In this document: piece after piece, positions 28,127 through 37,536 of the stretch
Layout: every line of letters starts with the position of its first letter
Numbering within the stretch: the first letter of the stretch is position 1
Assembly (NCBI GenBank): GCA_040876835.1
Contig: JBBDOX010000018.1
Coordinates: 18,232-82,231, forward strand
DNA: 64,000 nt
Direction of reading: 5' to 3'
Source of the DNA: Candidatus Anderseniibacteriota bacterium
Lineage (GTDB): Bacteria > Patescibacteriota > Andersenbacteria > UBA10190
Program-made: the position numbers and the translations under genes
The notes under the pieces: model-generated
What the model was told of the DNA's origin: nothing
Seen by the model: the letters and a program-made list of their open reading frames with translations, nothing else
The model's database searches: none

Positions 28127-29521
28127 ATGCCTAGAGCTACTCGCAAAGCCACCGATATTCGCGTACCCCCACATAACAATGAGGCTGAGGAGTCTGTTTT
28201 GGGCAGCTTGCTGATTGATAAAGATGCGATTGTAAAGATTGCTGACTGGCTTAAGCCCGAGGATTTCTACCAGAGCAAACACAACAAGATATACGATGCA
28301 ATGCTGCAGCTTTACGCTAAAGGTGAAGCTATAGATGTTGTCTCTGTTGCTAACCGTCTTAAGGAGCAAAAGCGTTTAGAAGACGTAGGTGGAGAATCAG
28401 CCGTGACATACCTGGCTACGATTGTCCCCACGGCCGGCAATGTTATCCACTACGGACGGATCGTTCAAAAGAATGCCACTCGTCGCCGGCTCATTTCCGC
28501 TGCTTCAGATATATCCGAAATGGGCTTTGATGAAGCGGAAGATATTGACATCGTTATGGATGACGCGGAAAAGAAACTATTTGAAGTATCCCAAGGACAT
28601 AAGCATGAACATTTTTCCAAGATTGCTGATGTCCTGGAAGAGGCTTTTACTCGTATTGATTTACTTCATAAAGGCGACGGCGGTTTGCGGGGCGTACCAA
28701 CCGGGTTTCGGGGCCTGGACGCTAAAATGGCTGGCTGGCAGCGCTCTGATCTCATCATCCTGGCCGCTCGGCCTAGTGTTGGTAAAACAACGCTGGCACT
28801 GGACTTTGCCCGCTATGCGGGGCTCGAAGGAGCTAAAGTAGGCATCTTCAGTTTAGAAATGAGTAAGGATCAGCTTGTGGATCGCATGCTGGCCTCCCAC
28901 GCCCACGTGGATTTATGGCGGTTGCGTACGGGCAAGCTTCAGGAGGGCGGCGAATTTGATGACTTTGCCCGACTGGGCCAAGCCATGAGCGAACTATCAC
29001 AAGCTTCGATATATATCGATGATCACGCTTCCGCCAATATTATGGGTATGCGCACAATGGCACGACGTATGCAGGCAGAACATGGGCTGGATTTACTCAT
29101 CATCGACTACCTACAGCTGATGGAGTCAAGCCGCTACAAGGATAACCGGGTGCAAGAGGTATCAGACATTTCTCGAGGACTTAAAAAATTGGCTCTGGAG
29201 TTAAAGGTTCCAGTCCTGGCTCTCTCCCAGCTTTCGCGAGCGGTTGAAATGCGCACCGATCAGCGCCCTAAGTTGTCTGACTTGAGAGAAAGCGGAAGTA
29301 TCGAACAAGATGCAGACGTCGTGATGTTCCTGCACCGACAGCAGTTTGAAGAAGGAGAAGAACGTCCCGAAGTGATGGAAGTCGATCTGCTCATTGAGAA
29401 ACACCGTAACGGCCCGACCGGTATGATCCCTCTGCAATTCCAAAGCAAATACGTTACGTATACCGAAGTGGATCAAATGCACATTCCCGAAGATACGCGG
29501 ACTCAGCCAGCAATGGCGTAA
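28127..29521 (+). CDS. dnaB: Replicative DNA helicase DnaB
   Basis: 'PHNNEAEESVLGSLLID' N-domain. Walker A 'ARPSVGKTTLAL'. RecA-like C-domain. Confidence 0.95.
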   Translation: MPRATRKATDIRVPPHNNEAEESVLGSLLIDKDAIVKIADWLKPEDFYQSKHNKIYDAMLQLYAKGEAIDVVSVANRLKEQKRLEDVGGESAVTYLATIVPTAGNVIHYGRIVQKNATRRRLISAASDISEMGFDEAEDIDIVMDDAEKKLFEVSQGHKHEHFSKIADVLEEAFTRIDLLHKGDGGLRGVPTGFRGLDAKMAGWQRSDLIILAARPSVGKTTLALDFARYAGLEGAKVGIFSLEMSKDQLVDRMLASHAHVDLWRLRTGKLQEGGEFDDFARLGQAMSELSQASIYIDDHASANIMGMRTMARRMQAEHGLDLLIIDYLQLMESSRYKDNRVQEVSDISRGLKKLALELKVPVLALSQLSRAVEMRTDQRPKLSDLRESGSIEQDADVVMFLHRQQFEEGEERPEVMEVDLLIEKHRNGPTGMIPLQFQSKYVTYTEVDQMHIPEDTRTQPAMA

Positions 29522-29525
29522 GAAA

Positions 29526-29912
29526 TTACTGACTGTCCACCGTTTTTTCTACTTCCTCTACATCAACCGGCTTCCCTATCTGAAGCAGATGAATGATCCC
29601 ATAAGCAATCACGGCATATACGATCATTGCAATTAGGGTCGACCATTCCAGAACCGATCCCGCGAAAGAAGGTGTGGGGAAAATTGCCCGGAAGGGCGCG
29701 ATGAATGGAGCCGAGACACCGTAGACAAAGGAAACAAATCCGCTAGCCGGATTTGCTTCCAGCAAGCGCAGTAAAAATCTGAACGCCAACAATACTTCCA
29801 GAACACCGAGAATGTACCAGATAACCTGATAGGCGCGAAAAATAGCCTTCTTCTGTCGATATGCTTGCTGAGGAGCTTGCGGAGAAACTGGTTGTTGAGT
29901 GTATTGGGACAT
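29526..29912 (-). CDS. YggT/Ycf19-family membrane protein
   Basis: Two TM helices with a 'YQVIWYILGVLEVLLAFRFLLRLL' pattern. Confidence 0.55.
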   Translation of the reverse strand: MSQYTQQPVSPQAPQQAYRQKKAIFRAYQVIWYILGVLEVLLAFRFLLRLLEANPASGFVSFVYGVSAPFIAPFRAIFPTPSFAGSVLEWSTLIAMIVYAVIAYGIIHLLQIGKPVDVEEVEKTVDSQ

Positions 29913-30066
29913 AGGCTTTCAATTTAATTTTTAAGATGCGACTACTAATGACCGTTCTCTTAAAGACGGCTCCTGTCAAGGATAGATCTGTCAGAGCGCC
30001 TGACAGACTGTCGGTTCAGTCATTTGTCCTTTACGCTTTCGCCGCTTGGCTTTACGCTAAGGCAGT

Positions 30067-30669
30067 ATGAAATCTGTTCTCCCCAAGGTTGTCCGCGATT
30101 TGACGGAAGAGCTTACGCGGCTGCCCGGCATTGGTCCGAAAAGTGCCCAGCGTCTGGCCATTCACCTGTTGCGTCAGCCAAAAGCAGCCGTGCAGCAATT
30201 CGCGGCAACGCTTACCAACCTGCATGACTCCGTACATACCTGTACTATCTGTTACAACCTGGCCGAACAGGATACCTGTATAATTTGTCGTGATGCCAAC
30301 CGAGATGCTTCCGTAATTTGTGTAGTTGAAGACCCCCTGGATATTGAAGCGATTGAACGAACTGAGTCATACACCGGTCGCTACCATGTCCTGGGCGGTA
30401 TCCTGTCCCCCATGGAAGGCATAGGAGCGGAGCAACTCACTGTGCATGAATTATTTGATCGCGTCAGTCGGGAGAATATTACAGAAATTATTATTGCCTT
30501 AGATCACAGCATGGAAGCCGACGCGACAACACGGCACATTGTGACGTATTTACAGAACAAAGACGTGCGAATCACACGCTTGGCTCGGGGCCTGCCAACC
30601 GGTGGTGATATTGAATTCGCCGATGCCCTTACACTCTCCGCAGCTTTTTCTGGGCGAAAAGATCTGTAA
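30067..30669 (+). CDS. recR: Recombination protein RecR
   Basis: HhH 'LPGIGPKSAQRLAIHLL'. C4 zinc finger 'CTICYNLAEQDTCIICRD'. Toprim domain. Confidence 0.9.
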   Translation: MKSVLPKVVRDLTEELTRLPGIGPKSAQRLAIHLLRQPKAAVQQFAATLTNLHDSVHTCTICYNLAEQDTCIICRDANRDASVICVVEDPLDIEAIERTESYTGRYHVLGGILSPMEGIGAEQLTVHELFDRVSRENITEIIIALDHSMEADATTRHIVTYLQNKDVRITRLARGLPTGGDIEFADALTLSAAFSGRKDL

Positions 30670-30676
30670 AAACGAA

Positions 30677-30697
30677 GACCCGCTTATTGTACGGGTC
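30677..30697. terminator. Bidirectional intrinsic terminator between recR (+) and rplU (-)
   Basis: gacccg-cttattgta-cgggtc hairpin with an A-run upstream and a T-rich run downstream. Confidence 0.5.
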
Positions 30698-30704
30698 TTT
30701 CGTA

Positions 30705-31022
30705 TTATTTGTTTGCGATCTTGGTGATTTTAACTTCAGTGTAGTGCTGTTTGTGACCAAAATATTTCTTGTATCGCTTTTTGGCTTTCATCTTTACGCC
30801 AGTGATTTTCGGGTATCGGGCCTGGGAGACAACTTCTCCCTCTACTGTTGCGCCTTTGAGTAGTGGAGCGCCGACATCTGTCGTTTTGTCAGCAGTAGTT
30901 AGGAGGACTTCCTTAAAAGTGACTTTCTTCCCTTCCTCGGCAGAAAGCTTATCAACTTTTACAGTCTTTCCTTCTTCAACGAAGTACTGTTTCCCGCCTG
31001 ATTTGATTACAGCTGTTTTCAT
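30705..31022 (-). CDS. rplU: 50S ribosomal protein L21
   Basis: 'MKTAVIKSGGKQYFVEEGKTVKVDKL' L21 signature. Confidence 0.9.
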   Translation of the reverse strand: MKTAVIKSGGKQYFVEEGKTVKVDKLSAEEGKKVTFKEVLLTTADKTTDVGAPLLKGATVEGEVVSQARYPKITGVKMKAKKRYKKYFGHKQHYTEVKITKIANK

Positions 31023-31067
31023 AGCAATGGACCCAATGATGAGGCAAAACCGTTATTTTGTCAAAGA

Positions 31068-31535
31068 TTATTGAACCGTGACTACGGAGCCTACTTTAAT
31101 ACCATATTCCACGGCCCTACCGGCAGATACCTCCAGTACAGCCGTAACGGGATGGGGCGGTCTATATACTGTTAGCAGCTCCGTCTTATGATCCGTAGGC
31201 GGTGGAATATGAGCATCAACGGCCACTACCCGACCATCGGCGATCCAGACAATATCGATGGGAATGAGCATCCCTTTCATCCAAAAACCTGTTTCAGTGG
31301 GCCGCTGGTAGGGGAAGTACATACCCGCCTGATCAGGAATACTGCTGCATCCAGCCAGGCCGAGCTGCTGCTCTGCTGCTGTTGAGGCGATATTAACGGT
31401 GAGATGTATGTCCCCTACACTAACTACTCCCTGCTGAAAATCACGGCAGACTTGCCCACGAGATACAAGAAAAGCGCCACCGACTACTAACACTAATACT
31501 CCTAATACCACCGGCACCCAGATCTCAATTTTCAT
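31068..31535 (-). CDS. DUF192-family protein with N-terminal TM
   Basis: 'GMLIPIDIVWIADGRVVAV' is the conserved DUF192 core. Confidence 0.55.
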   Translation of the reverse strand: MKIEIWVPVVLGVLVLVVGGAFLVSRGQVCRDFQQGVVSVGDIHLTVNIASTAAEQQLGLAGCSSIPDQAGMYFPYQRPTETGFWMKGMLIPIDIVWIADGRVVAVDAHIPPPTDHKTELLTVYRPPHPVTAVLEVSAGRAVEYGIKVGSVVTVQ

Positions 31536-31544
31536 ACATCTGCT

Positions 31545-32549
31545 TTAAGAAGATCGTGCCTGTAGTATGACATGAAGTGACGCAAGAAAAAATCCGATAC
31601 CAACCACGATAAGCAATGCGATTTTTACCGGAGTTGTAGCCGCAATGCTGATCGCCCCTAATAGGCCAGATATTACGACGGCCAGCAGGACGATAGTGCG
31701 GGCGGAGAAGCCGGCGGACAAAAGCCGGTGATGAAGATGCGAGACCCGATCGCCCTGCCAGGGTCGCTGCCCGGAAAACAGGCGCTTGGTAATTACAAAC
31801 AGTGCATCAATAGCCGGAAGCGCTAACACCAGGGCGGTGGTTACAATCTTTCCCCCGCCATGCATAGCCACCAACGCAATGTACATTCCCAGAAACCAGG
31901 CTCCTGTTGTTCCTAGGTACACTTTGGCCGGTGGATAGTTCCAGATTAAGAAGGCGACGCTACCCGCGAGTCCAACCCCCGCTAATGCGAGGGTTGTTTT
32001 GTCTTGTGTTTGTGGCAGGAGGCTCACAACAATTAAAGCAACAAAGGCCACAGAGACAACACTGCCGGCTAATCCATCCAGTCCATCCACCCAGTTGATG
32101 GCATTCATGAAAAATATGATCCAGAAAAAAGCCAGGATGCTGCCTGGGAGTATCAACAGTCCTACTTGCTGCCAGGCCAAGTTAATTATTCCTTCACCGG
32201 CCGGATTGGTGATGTAGGGAATTGTCCAGCCGGCCAGGGTCAGCACGGCTGCAATTACAACCTGCCAGAATAACTGACTGCCGGCCGACAGCTTCATCAC
32301 CTCGTCTGCTTTACCGGCAATGATTATAACCAACGACGCCAGAACTAATCCGTATGTTAAGCGGATGTCATCGATAACAAGGAACGCTGTTAAAGGGATG
32401 ACTACGGCCAGGACCATTCCGATAGAAGGGACGGCGTGCTGTCTTTTTTCTTTGCCGATACTGCCGATCAGCAGGTACGTTATTACGAACGCCCCCAATA
32501 ATAAGTACAGATGCCAGGAAGTTATAAGCTGTGTATCAAATTGAATCAT
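31545..32549 (-). CDS. MraY/WecA-family polyprenyl-phosphate glycosyl-1-phosphate transferase
   Basis: 'NAINWVDGLDGLAG' motif. Ten or more TM helices. Confidence 0.7.
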   Translation of the reverse strand: MIQFDTQLITSWHLYLLLGAFVITYLLIGSIGKEKRQHAVPSIGMVLAVVIPLTAFLVIDDIRLTYGLVLASLVIIIAGKADEVMKLSAGSQLFWQVVIAAVLTLAGWTIPYITNPAGEGIINLAWQQVGLLILPGSILAFFWIIFFMNAINWVDGLDGLAGSVVSVAFVALIVVSLLPQTQDKTTLALAGVGLAGSVAFLIWNYPPAKVYLGTTGAWFLGMYIALVAMHGGGKIVTTALVLALPAIDALFVITKRLFSGQRPWQGDRVSHLHHRLLSAGFSARTIVLLAVVISGLLGAISIAATTPVKIALLIVVGIGFFLASLHVILQARSS

Positions 32550-32552
32550 AGA

Positions 32553-34205
32553 CTAGGCCCGCTCCTTGCGAGTTTTCTGCATGACGTTGAAGTGCAGGTC
32601 CCGCCCGAACATCAGGCGCGTTTCCGCATCTAGGGCCGGAAATGCTGAGAGCACTGTAGCAATAGCTGGAACTAATACCCACTGGCCGATCAGCAGCACG
32701 TACTGCCAGAAGCTTTGATTATGTGATTTACGGGGAATGAGTAAAAGCGTTAAGGTAGCCGAAATAATTAACCCGCTCATAGCAACAGTCATCAAAGATC
32801 GGGTTACGAACGGCAAACTGTAGGATAATACTGTGGATTGAAATCCAACGCCTCCGAATATCACCGGCAGCCACCCCAATCCCGCCACTAAAATCGCGGC
32901 CGTGGCCCAGGAGTAATGCCCTTCAAGTGTGCGGAATAAATACACAAATTTTGTAGAGGCACGTATATTTTTATTCGCCCAGAAGCCCTCGACCAGAAAC
33001 GGGAAGTTCTCTATTCCCCACGCCCAGCGGCGTTTCTGCTTGTACTGATTTTTTAGTGTCTGCCACCAGCTGGCAGCCAGCGCCGCATCCATCGATACCG
33101 TCATGTAAAGAGGTTCTGTCCGGTACATACCATCGTAATGAAGCAAGGCTTGCCAAAAAATGCGGGAATCTTCAGATACAATATCGCGCTGCCAGTAGCC
33201 CACATCTTTTAAGGCCTGTAGCGTCATCGAGTGACTGGAAAAAGTAACCAGTCGTTCTGGACGCGTAGACTCAATCATCTGCCAGAAGGTGGAGCCCATG
33301 GCAATCACGCGGGAGAACGCCGGCGCATCCCACAGGTTATTGGTATATATCGGGATCGGCTGATAGCTAAGGCGGTACCGATCCTGGTTGGTAATAAAGG
33401 CGTACGTTAGATAAGCGAAGTACTCCGGCGGAGCAACGGTATCGCTGTCGAAGTTACTGACTAGAATTTGCTTAGTGGCAATCCCCTGTTTTGTGAGTTT
33501 TTCTTCCAAGCGCTGAATTGCCCAGCTGGCGTTGGCACTTTTTACTTTCTTTTCACCCGGCAACCCATCGGGATGAAAAGTTGTAAGAAATGTTTTAAAT
33601 TGCTGACCAAATTCCTTCGTAAGCTGAGCTGCTCTTTCTTTGGCCTCTTTGCCGGCTCGCTCTTCAAACCCGACCACCACGTGCATCTGTTCTTTGGGAA
33701 AAGTTGTTCTGGCTAGTGCCTGGAGGGTAGTACGCAGGACAACTAAAGATTCATCATACGTCGGTACCACGACAGCGTGATGAACCTGTTTCCAGTCAAA
33801 TATATTGTGTCCCGATTTAACCAGCCGCTGCACGCGAGTATATTCGTGAGAAGCCTGTCGTTTCTGTTTACCGTTGAGGTGATTATCTGCTGACATCGCT
33901 TTCAGCTCGGAGGCATACTCCCCTATATCACGCGAGACTTTTTCGCAACGCTCGAGCCAGTTGATTCCTTCATATTCTTTGAGTCGGTAATAGGCATACA
34001 GCAGGTGAATCGTCATATATACAATTCGCACTAACAGGTAGACGTCGTAGGCAATGATAAAGATGGCGATCCAGAACGGCAGGATAAATGACAATACCGT
34101 TAAGGCAATCAGAGTCGTCCACGACAAAAATCCGGGGATGGTTTGCCATACGCGCTTGCGCAGATGCGCTGGATCGACTTCAATTGTCACTCCCAAATCA
34201 GACAT
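32553..34205 (-). CDS. Processive GT2 glycosyltransferase (cellulose/chitin-synthase-like) membrane protein
   Basis: GT2 core with a 'KQKRRWAWG' (QxxRW) motif. N- and C-terminal TM clusters. Confidence 0.6.
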   Translation of the reverse strand: MSDLGVTIEVDPAHLRKRVWQTIPGFLSWTTLIALTVLSFILPFWIAIFIIAYDVYLLVRIVYMTIHLLYAYYRLKEYEGINWLERCEKVSRDIGEYASELKAMSADNHLNGKQKRQASHEYTRVQRLVKSGHNIFDWKQVHHAVVVPTYDESLVVLRTTLQALARTTFPKEQMHVVVGFEERAGKEAKERAAQLTKEFGQQFKTFLTTFHPDGLPGEKKVKSANASWAIQRLEEKLTKQGIATKQILVSNFDSDTVAPPEYFAYLTYAFITNQDRYRLSYQPIPIYTNNLWDAPAFSRVIAMGSTFWQMIESTRPERLVTFSSHSMTLQALKDVGYWQRDIVSEDSRIFWQALLHYDGMYRTEPLYMTVSMDAALAASWWQTLKNQYKQKRRWAWGIENFPFLVEGFWANKNIRASTKFVYLFRTLEGHYSWATAAILVAGLGWLPVIFGGVGFQSTVLSYSLPFVTRSLMTVAMSGLIISATLTLLLIPRKSHNQSFWQYVLLIGQWVLVPAIATVLSAFPALDAETRLMFGRDLHFNVMQKTRKERA

Positions 34206-34216
34206 AGACGCGTTAT

Positions 34217-34564
34217 CTAGTTAACCCGCAACAATAAGACAAAGGCTGCCAAGAGCGCAACCTCTAAAATAGGCAGGGCGGCGGTTAGGATCCATACTGC
34301 CCTAATACTGGCTCTACGCAACCCATAGGCCACAAGGACGTTCAAAATGAGGATACTGCTGCCAATAGCGGGTATGCGCAAGATCCAGTCCCCTTCCCCC
34401 ACAAAGTCCACGCCATTGCCGACACTGTAATGCAAAATCACGGCTGGCGCCTGATGTGGAAAGAGCCGGAGAGCCAGGACCCAGTTAGTAATGTTAATAA
34501 TAGCGCTGGCTGCCACGGTCAGAGCGATCGGATGCCGGGCAACTTTCTGAACGAAACTGTTCAT
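34217..34564 (-). CDS. Small polytopic membrane protein (115 aa)
   Basis: Three hydrophobic helices. Tightly packed in the operon. Confidence 0.4.
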   Translation of the reverse strand: MNSFVQKVARHPIALTVAASAIINITNWVLALRLFPHQAPAVILHYSVGNGVDFVGEGDWILRIPAIGSSILILNVLVAYGLRRASIRAVWILTAALPILEVALLAAFVLLLRVN

Positions 34565-34567
34565 ATA

Positions 34568-35881
34568 CTATATTCCCTCTTTGGCATACTCGTCCGCCAC
34601 CGCCATTACCCGGTCGATATACCAGCTGTAGTACTGCCAATTAGGACCGGCAATGTATCGGCCAACTGCTTCGCGCTCTCCTTCCGGACGGGCCGCCCCC
34701 CGATCAGCCAGGAATATCGCTGTGGCAACAAACGCATCAGTTAGTTCGTAGGGATTGACTGGGGATTTACCCGTCAGCTGCTCAAGCCGGGGCTCAATTG
34801 CCTCCCAGGTCGCCGGCATGATTTGAGCTGGTCCCATTGCTCCTCCCCAACCTTTCAAGCTTTTTGGACGGGCAGAAATTTGAGCTGTCTTCCGATCAAG
34901 ACCAAGCTTATCTGTAATCCGAACAAAAGCTTCCCGGCTACCGGGATGCATATCATCTGGATATACTCCGCTCCCCAGATTATTTCCGACATTGGATTCT
35001 ACTTTTAAAACCCCCAGGAGCAACGACGCTCGAACGCCAGTAAGCTTGCTGGCGTAGCGGGCCATATCAAAAGCATTTTCCAGCGTTACTTTTACTCCCG
35101 CATCTTTTAGGGTAAAGACATGTTCCTCAATTTCCTTGCGGGCATCCTGAGCTTCTTTGATCTTTTGCTCATAGGCTGCTTGCTCTTCTTTTTTGGCCGC
35201 TAGGAATTTTTCCTGCTCAGCTTCCTTGTTGGCCACTTCTGATTTTTGAGCTGAGAGTAAATCTGCAAGCTGTCCTAAGTCCTGCTCCTGTTGCTCAAGC
35301 TGCTGTTGCTGAGCGGTGAGCTCCTCTTCCTGAACATGCATCTCTTTAATAACGGTAATGGTTCGTTCCTGTAGCTCCGCATAGGCTGCGCGTACACTTA
35401 GAACCTCGCTTAAGCTCGAGGAGTCGAAAAATATACGGATAAATGAATCCTGCTCCTGTTGATACAGCGCACGCAGTAATGAACGTAGCTGATCACGCTT
35501 CAGTTCAATCTCTTGCTGTAACAATCCAACCTGTTCTTTCGCGGTAAGCTGCTCTGTCTGAACTTTTTGAATGGTCAAGGTTGTTTGTTTGAGTTCCAAC
35601 TGAGCTTTGGCTAGCTCCCCCTCAAGCTGCTTAACCCTACTGGCAATAATCTCTGCCTCCGCCGCCGTCTGATCACGCTTGCCGGCCAGATTCTGGATCT
35701 GCTTATCAATCTCGGCAATTTCGGCCTGTTTGGCCGCAATTTCCTGCTGAGTTTTGGTCAGTTCATCAACCTTGTCTACCGTGGGGGTCGGCGTGGGAGA
35801 TTCTTCCTGGGCATGCGCAAACAGGACTCCGCCCCAGAGCCCGACTAATGCCACCGTTAAACCAACGCGTAGAATACGCAT
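34568..35881 (-). CDS. Secreted coiled-coil protein with a C-terminal MltB-like lytic transglycosylase domain
   Basis: Signal peptide. Long Q/E/A/L-rich coiled coil. C-terminal 'GAMGPAQIMPATW' lytic transglycosylase motif. Confidence 0.6.
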   Translation of the reverse strand: MRILRVGLTVALVGLWGGVLFAHAQEESPTPTPTVDKVDELTKTQQEIAAKQAEIAEIDKQIQNLAGKRDQTAAEAEIIASRVKQLEGELAKAQLELKQTTLTIQKVQTEQLTAKEQVGLLQQEIELKRDQLRSLLRALYQQEQDSFIRIFFDSSSLSEVLSVRAAYAELQERTITVIKEMHVQEEELTAQQQQLEQQEQDLGQLADLLSAQKSEVANKEAEQEKFLAAKKEEQAAYEQKIKEAQDARKEIEEHVFTLKDAGVKVTLENAFDMARYASKLTGVRASLLLGVLKVESNVGNNLGSGVYPDDMHPGSREAFVRITDKLGLDRKTAQISARPKSLKGWGGAMGPAQIMPATWEAIEPRLEQLTGKSPVNPYELTDAFVATAIFLADRGAARPEGEREAVGRYIAGPNWQYYSWYIDRVMAVADEYAKEGI

Positions 35882-35915
35882 ATGTGTCTTACCAGCATAC
35901 CAAATTTAAGCGGTA

Positions 35916-36392
35916 TTACCCTATTCCAATTCCCCGGACAAAATCCTGCCACTCACTACTGCTGCCTGATTCATCACTAAAACGTGACCAAGCTTCCTGG
36001 GGAGTGAGAATATCAATTCCATCTATATGTCCTACGTCTAGCAAATGGCGATCACTCGTGACTAAAGCCTGTGCTCCTCCACCGACTGCTGCCTGGAGGA
36101 ATTTGTAATCATCGGGATCATCAATCTCTATTTCCACTCGCACGGGCTCTACTTCAGTGGCCATATGCAGAAAATCCTCTATGCGATCAGTATAGTGGGG
36201 GTCTTCAATCAACCGGCGCAGAATATTGCGGTATTCTCGCACTACTGCCGACGTTACCAGGGCCTGCAGCTCTCCGTCTCGCACTGCTTCAACAAGCTTG
36301 GCCTGGGCGCTGAAGTCGTCCTGGAATCCGTCAATCAATACATTAGTGTCAAATACGTGTTTCACACCAGCAGCGTAAAGTGTTTCAGCCAA
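35916..36392 (-). CDS. PIN-domain protein (TIGR00305-like putative toxin)
   Basis: 'VFDTNVLIDG' and 'ALVTSDRHLLDVGH' acidic PIN residues. No adjacent antitoxin-sized ORF. Confidence 0.6.
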   Translation of the reverse strand: MAETLYAAGVKHVFDTNVLIDGFQDDFSAQAKLVEAVRDGELQALVTSAVVREYRNILRRLIEDPHYTDRIEDFLHMATEVEPVRVEIEIDDPDDYKFLQAAVGGGAQALVTSDRHLLDVGHIDGIDILTPQEAWSRFSDESGSSSEWQDFVRGIGIG

Positions 36393-36485
36393 AAAGCAAG
36401 ATGTGTGGATAACGCTCGTACATTTATCAACAATTTTTTGTATAATGTATGCATATCTCTTTTATCCTTCGCCGCACACTTATAT

Positions 36486-37103
36486 ATGTACAGTGATCTT
36501 ACAAAAAAACAGAGCGAGGCGCTTAATGTTATCCGGGAATTTTTATCAGAACATAACTATGCGCCTAGCTATCGCGACATTATGAAAATGATGGGGATTA
36601 AATCCCCCGCTACTGCTTACGCTCATGTGCAGCAGTTAAAGGAGAAAGGATACATTCGTTTGCGTAACGGTGAGATGCGTTCGGTTGAACTAACGGAGAA
36701 ATCCAATATGTTTATTAAAGGCGTAGAGTTGCCGCTGCTGGGAGCCATTGCAGCTGGAGCTCCAATCGAAGCAATTGAAGGACGAGAAAAGATGACCGTG
36801 CCACTGGAGCTGTTACCCAACCTGAACTGTTACGTATTGCAGGTGAAAGGCGAATCAATGATTGAAGACGGGATTCTTGACGGGGATTTCGTTATCATTG
36901 AGCGTAATTTTTATCCTAACAATGGCGATGTGGTTGTGGCGCTGCTTGATAATGAAAATGCTACGCTCAAAAAATACTATCGGGAGAAAGAACGTATTCG
37001 ATTGCAGCCGGCCAATAAGACAATGAAACCTATTTATACTAAAAACCCCGTTATCCAGGGTATTGTCCGGGCTGTACTGCGTCGGTACGCTGATGAAGCG
37101 TAA
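36486..37103 (+). CDS. lexA: LexA repressor
   Basis: wHTH plus an S24 peptidase domain: 'LLGAIAAGAPIEA' (AG cleavage site) and 'QVKGESMIEDGILDGDFVII' (Ser/Lys dyad region). Start at the ATG at 36486 (the ORF track gives an N-terminal extension from 36165). Confidence 0.85.
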   Translation: MYSDLTKKQSEALNVIREFLSEHNYAPSYRDIMKMMGIKSPATAYAHVQQLKEKGYIRLRNGEMRSVELTEKSNMFIKGVELPLLGAIAAGAPIEAIEGREKMTVPLELLPNLNCYVLQVKGESMIEDGILDGDFVIIERNFYPNNGDVVVALLDNENATLKKYYREKERIRLQPANKTMKPIYTKNPVIQGIVRAVLRRYADEA

Positions 37104-37165
37104 AAGTAAATAAGAAAGTGGCCACCGGAGGGCCACTCCTTTATTATAGCATTGTTTTAGGTATC

Positions 37166-37195
37166 TTGTCAAGACTTTTATTTTAGTGTTAGAAT
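37166..37195 (+). promoter_or_regulatory. Sigma70-like promoter for the small ORF 37251..37481
   Basis: TTGTCA, an 18-nt spacer, then TAGAAT. Confidence 0.4.
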
Positions 37196-37250
37196 ATAGG
37201 TAGTCGCTGTCCTCTTTTCTCCCTTTCGTGTTCGCGAACGGACTTTACCC

Positions 37251-37481
37251 ATGGGAAGGTACTGGTTGTTGCGATCCAAGGTCAAGCGGCTCATCACCTG
37301 GCCATGGCGAGCGTTTCGCCACACCGTCCTGGATGAGCTGTGGTTTCGGCGCCTCTCCGACGAGGAGCGAAGACTGTGGCTCATCGCCTGCTTCAAGGAA
37401 GGCAATGATTACCGTGGCATCGTTCGCCGTCACAGCAGGGCGCTTCAGGCCAAGCAGAAACATCTGACTCCGCTTGCTTGA
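37251..37481 (+). CDS. Small basic protein (76 aa), high-GC orphan minigene between lexA and rmuC
   Basis: Own promoter and a downstream hairpin terminator. The opposite-strand ORF 37178..37405 has no such signals. Confidence 0.4.
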   Translation: MGRYWLLRSKVKRLITWPWRAFRHTVLDELWFRRLSDEERRLWLIACFKEGNDYRGIVRRHSRALQAKQKHLTPLA

Positions 37482-37509
37482 CGGATGATCCCCTCTTCTG
37501 CCCTCTCCC

Positions 37510-37536
37510 CCCTCCTCACTCTTGGAGGGTTTTTTA
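37510..37536 (+). terminator. Intrinsic terminator after ORF 37251..37481
   Basis: ccctcc-tcactctt-ggaggg hairpin followed by TTTTTT. Confidence 0.5.

Noticed and set aside
36165-36485. N-terminal 107-aa extension of lexA in the ORF track
   Set aside because: The extension overlaps the divergent PIN gene region and is AT-rich, promoter-like sequence. The LexA wHTH begins at the ATG at 36486.
37178-37405. 75-aa minus-strand ORF overlapping the 37251..37481 minigene
   Set aside because: The promoter (TTGTCA-18-TAGAAT) and the hairpin plus T-run terminator are oriented for the plus-strand ORF. The minus-strand ORF has neither.
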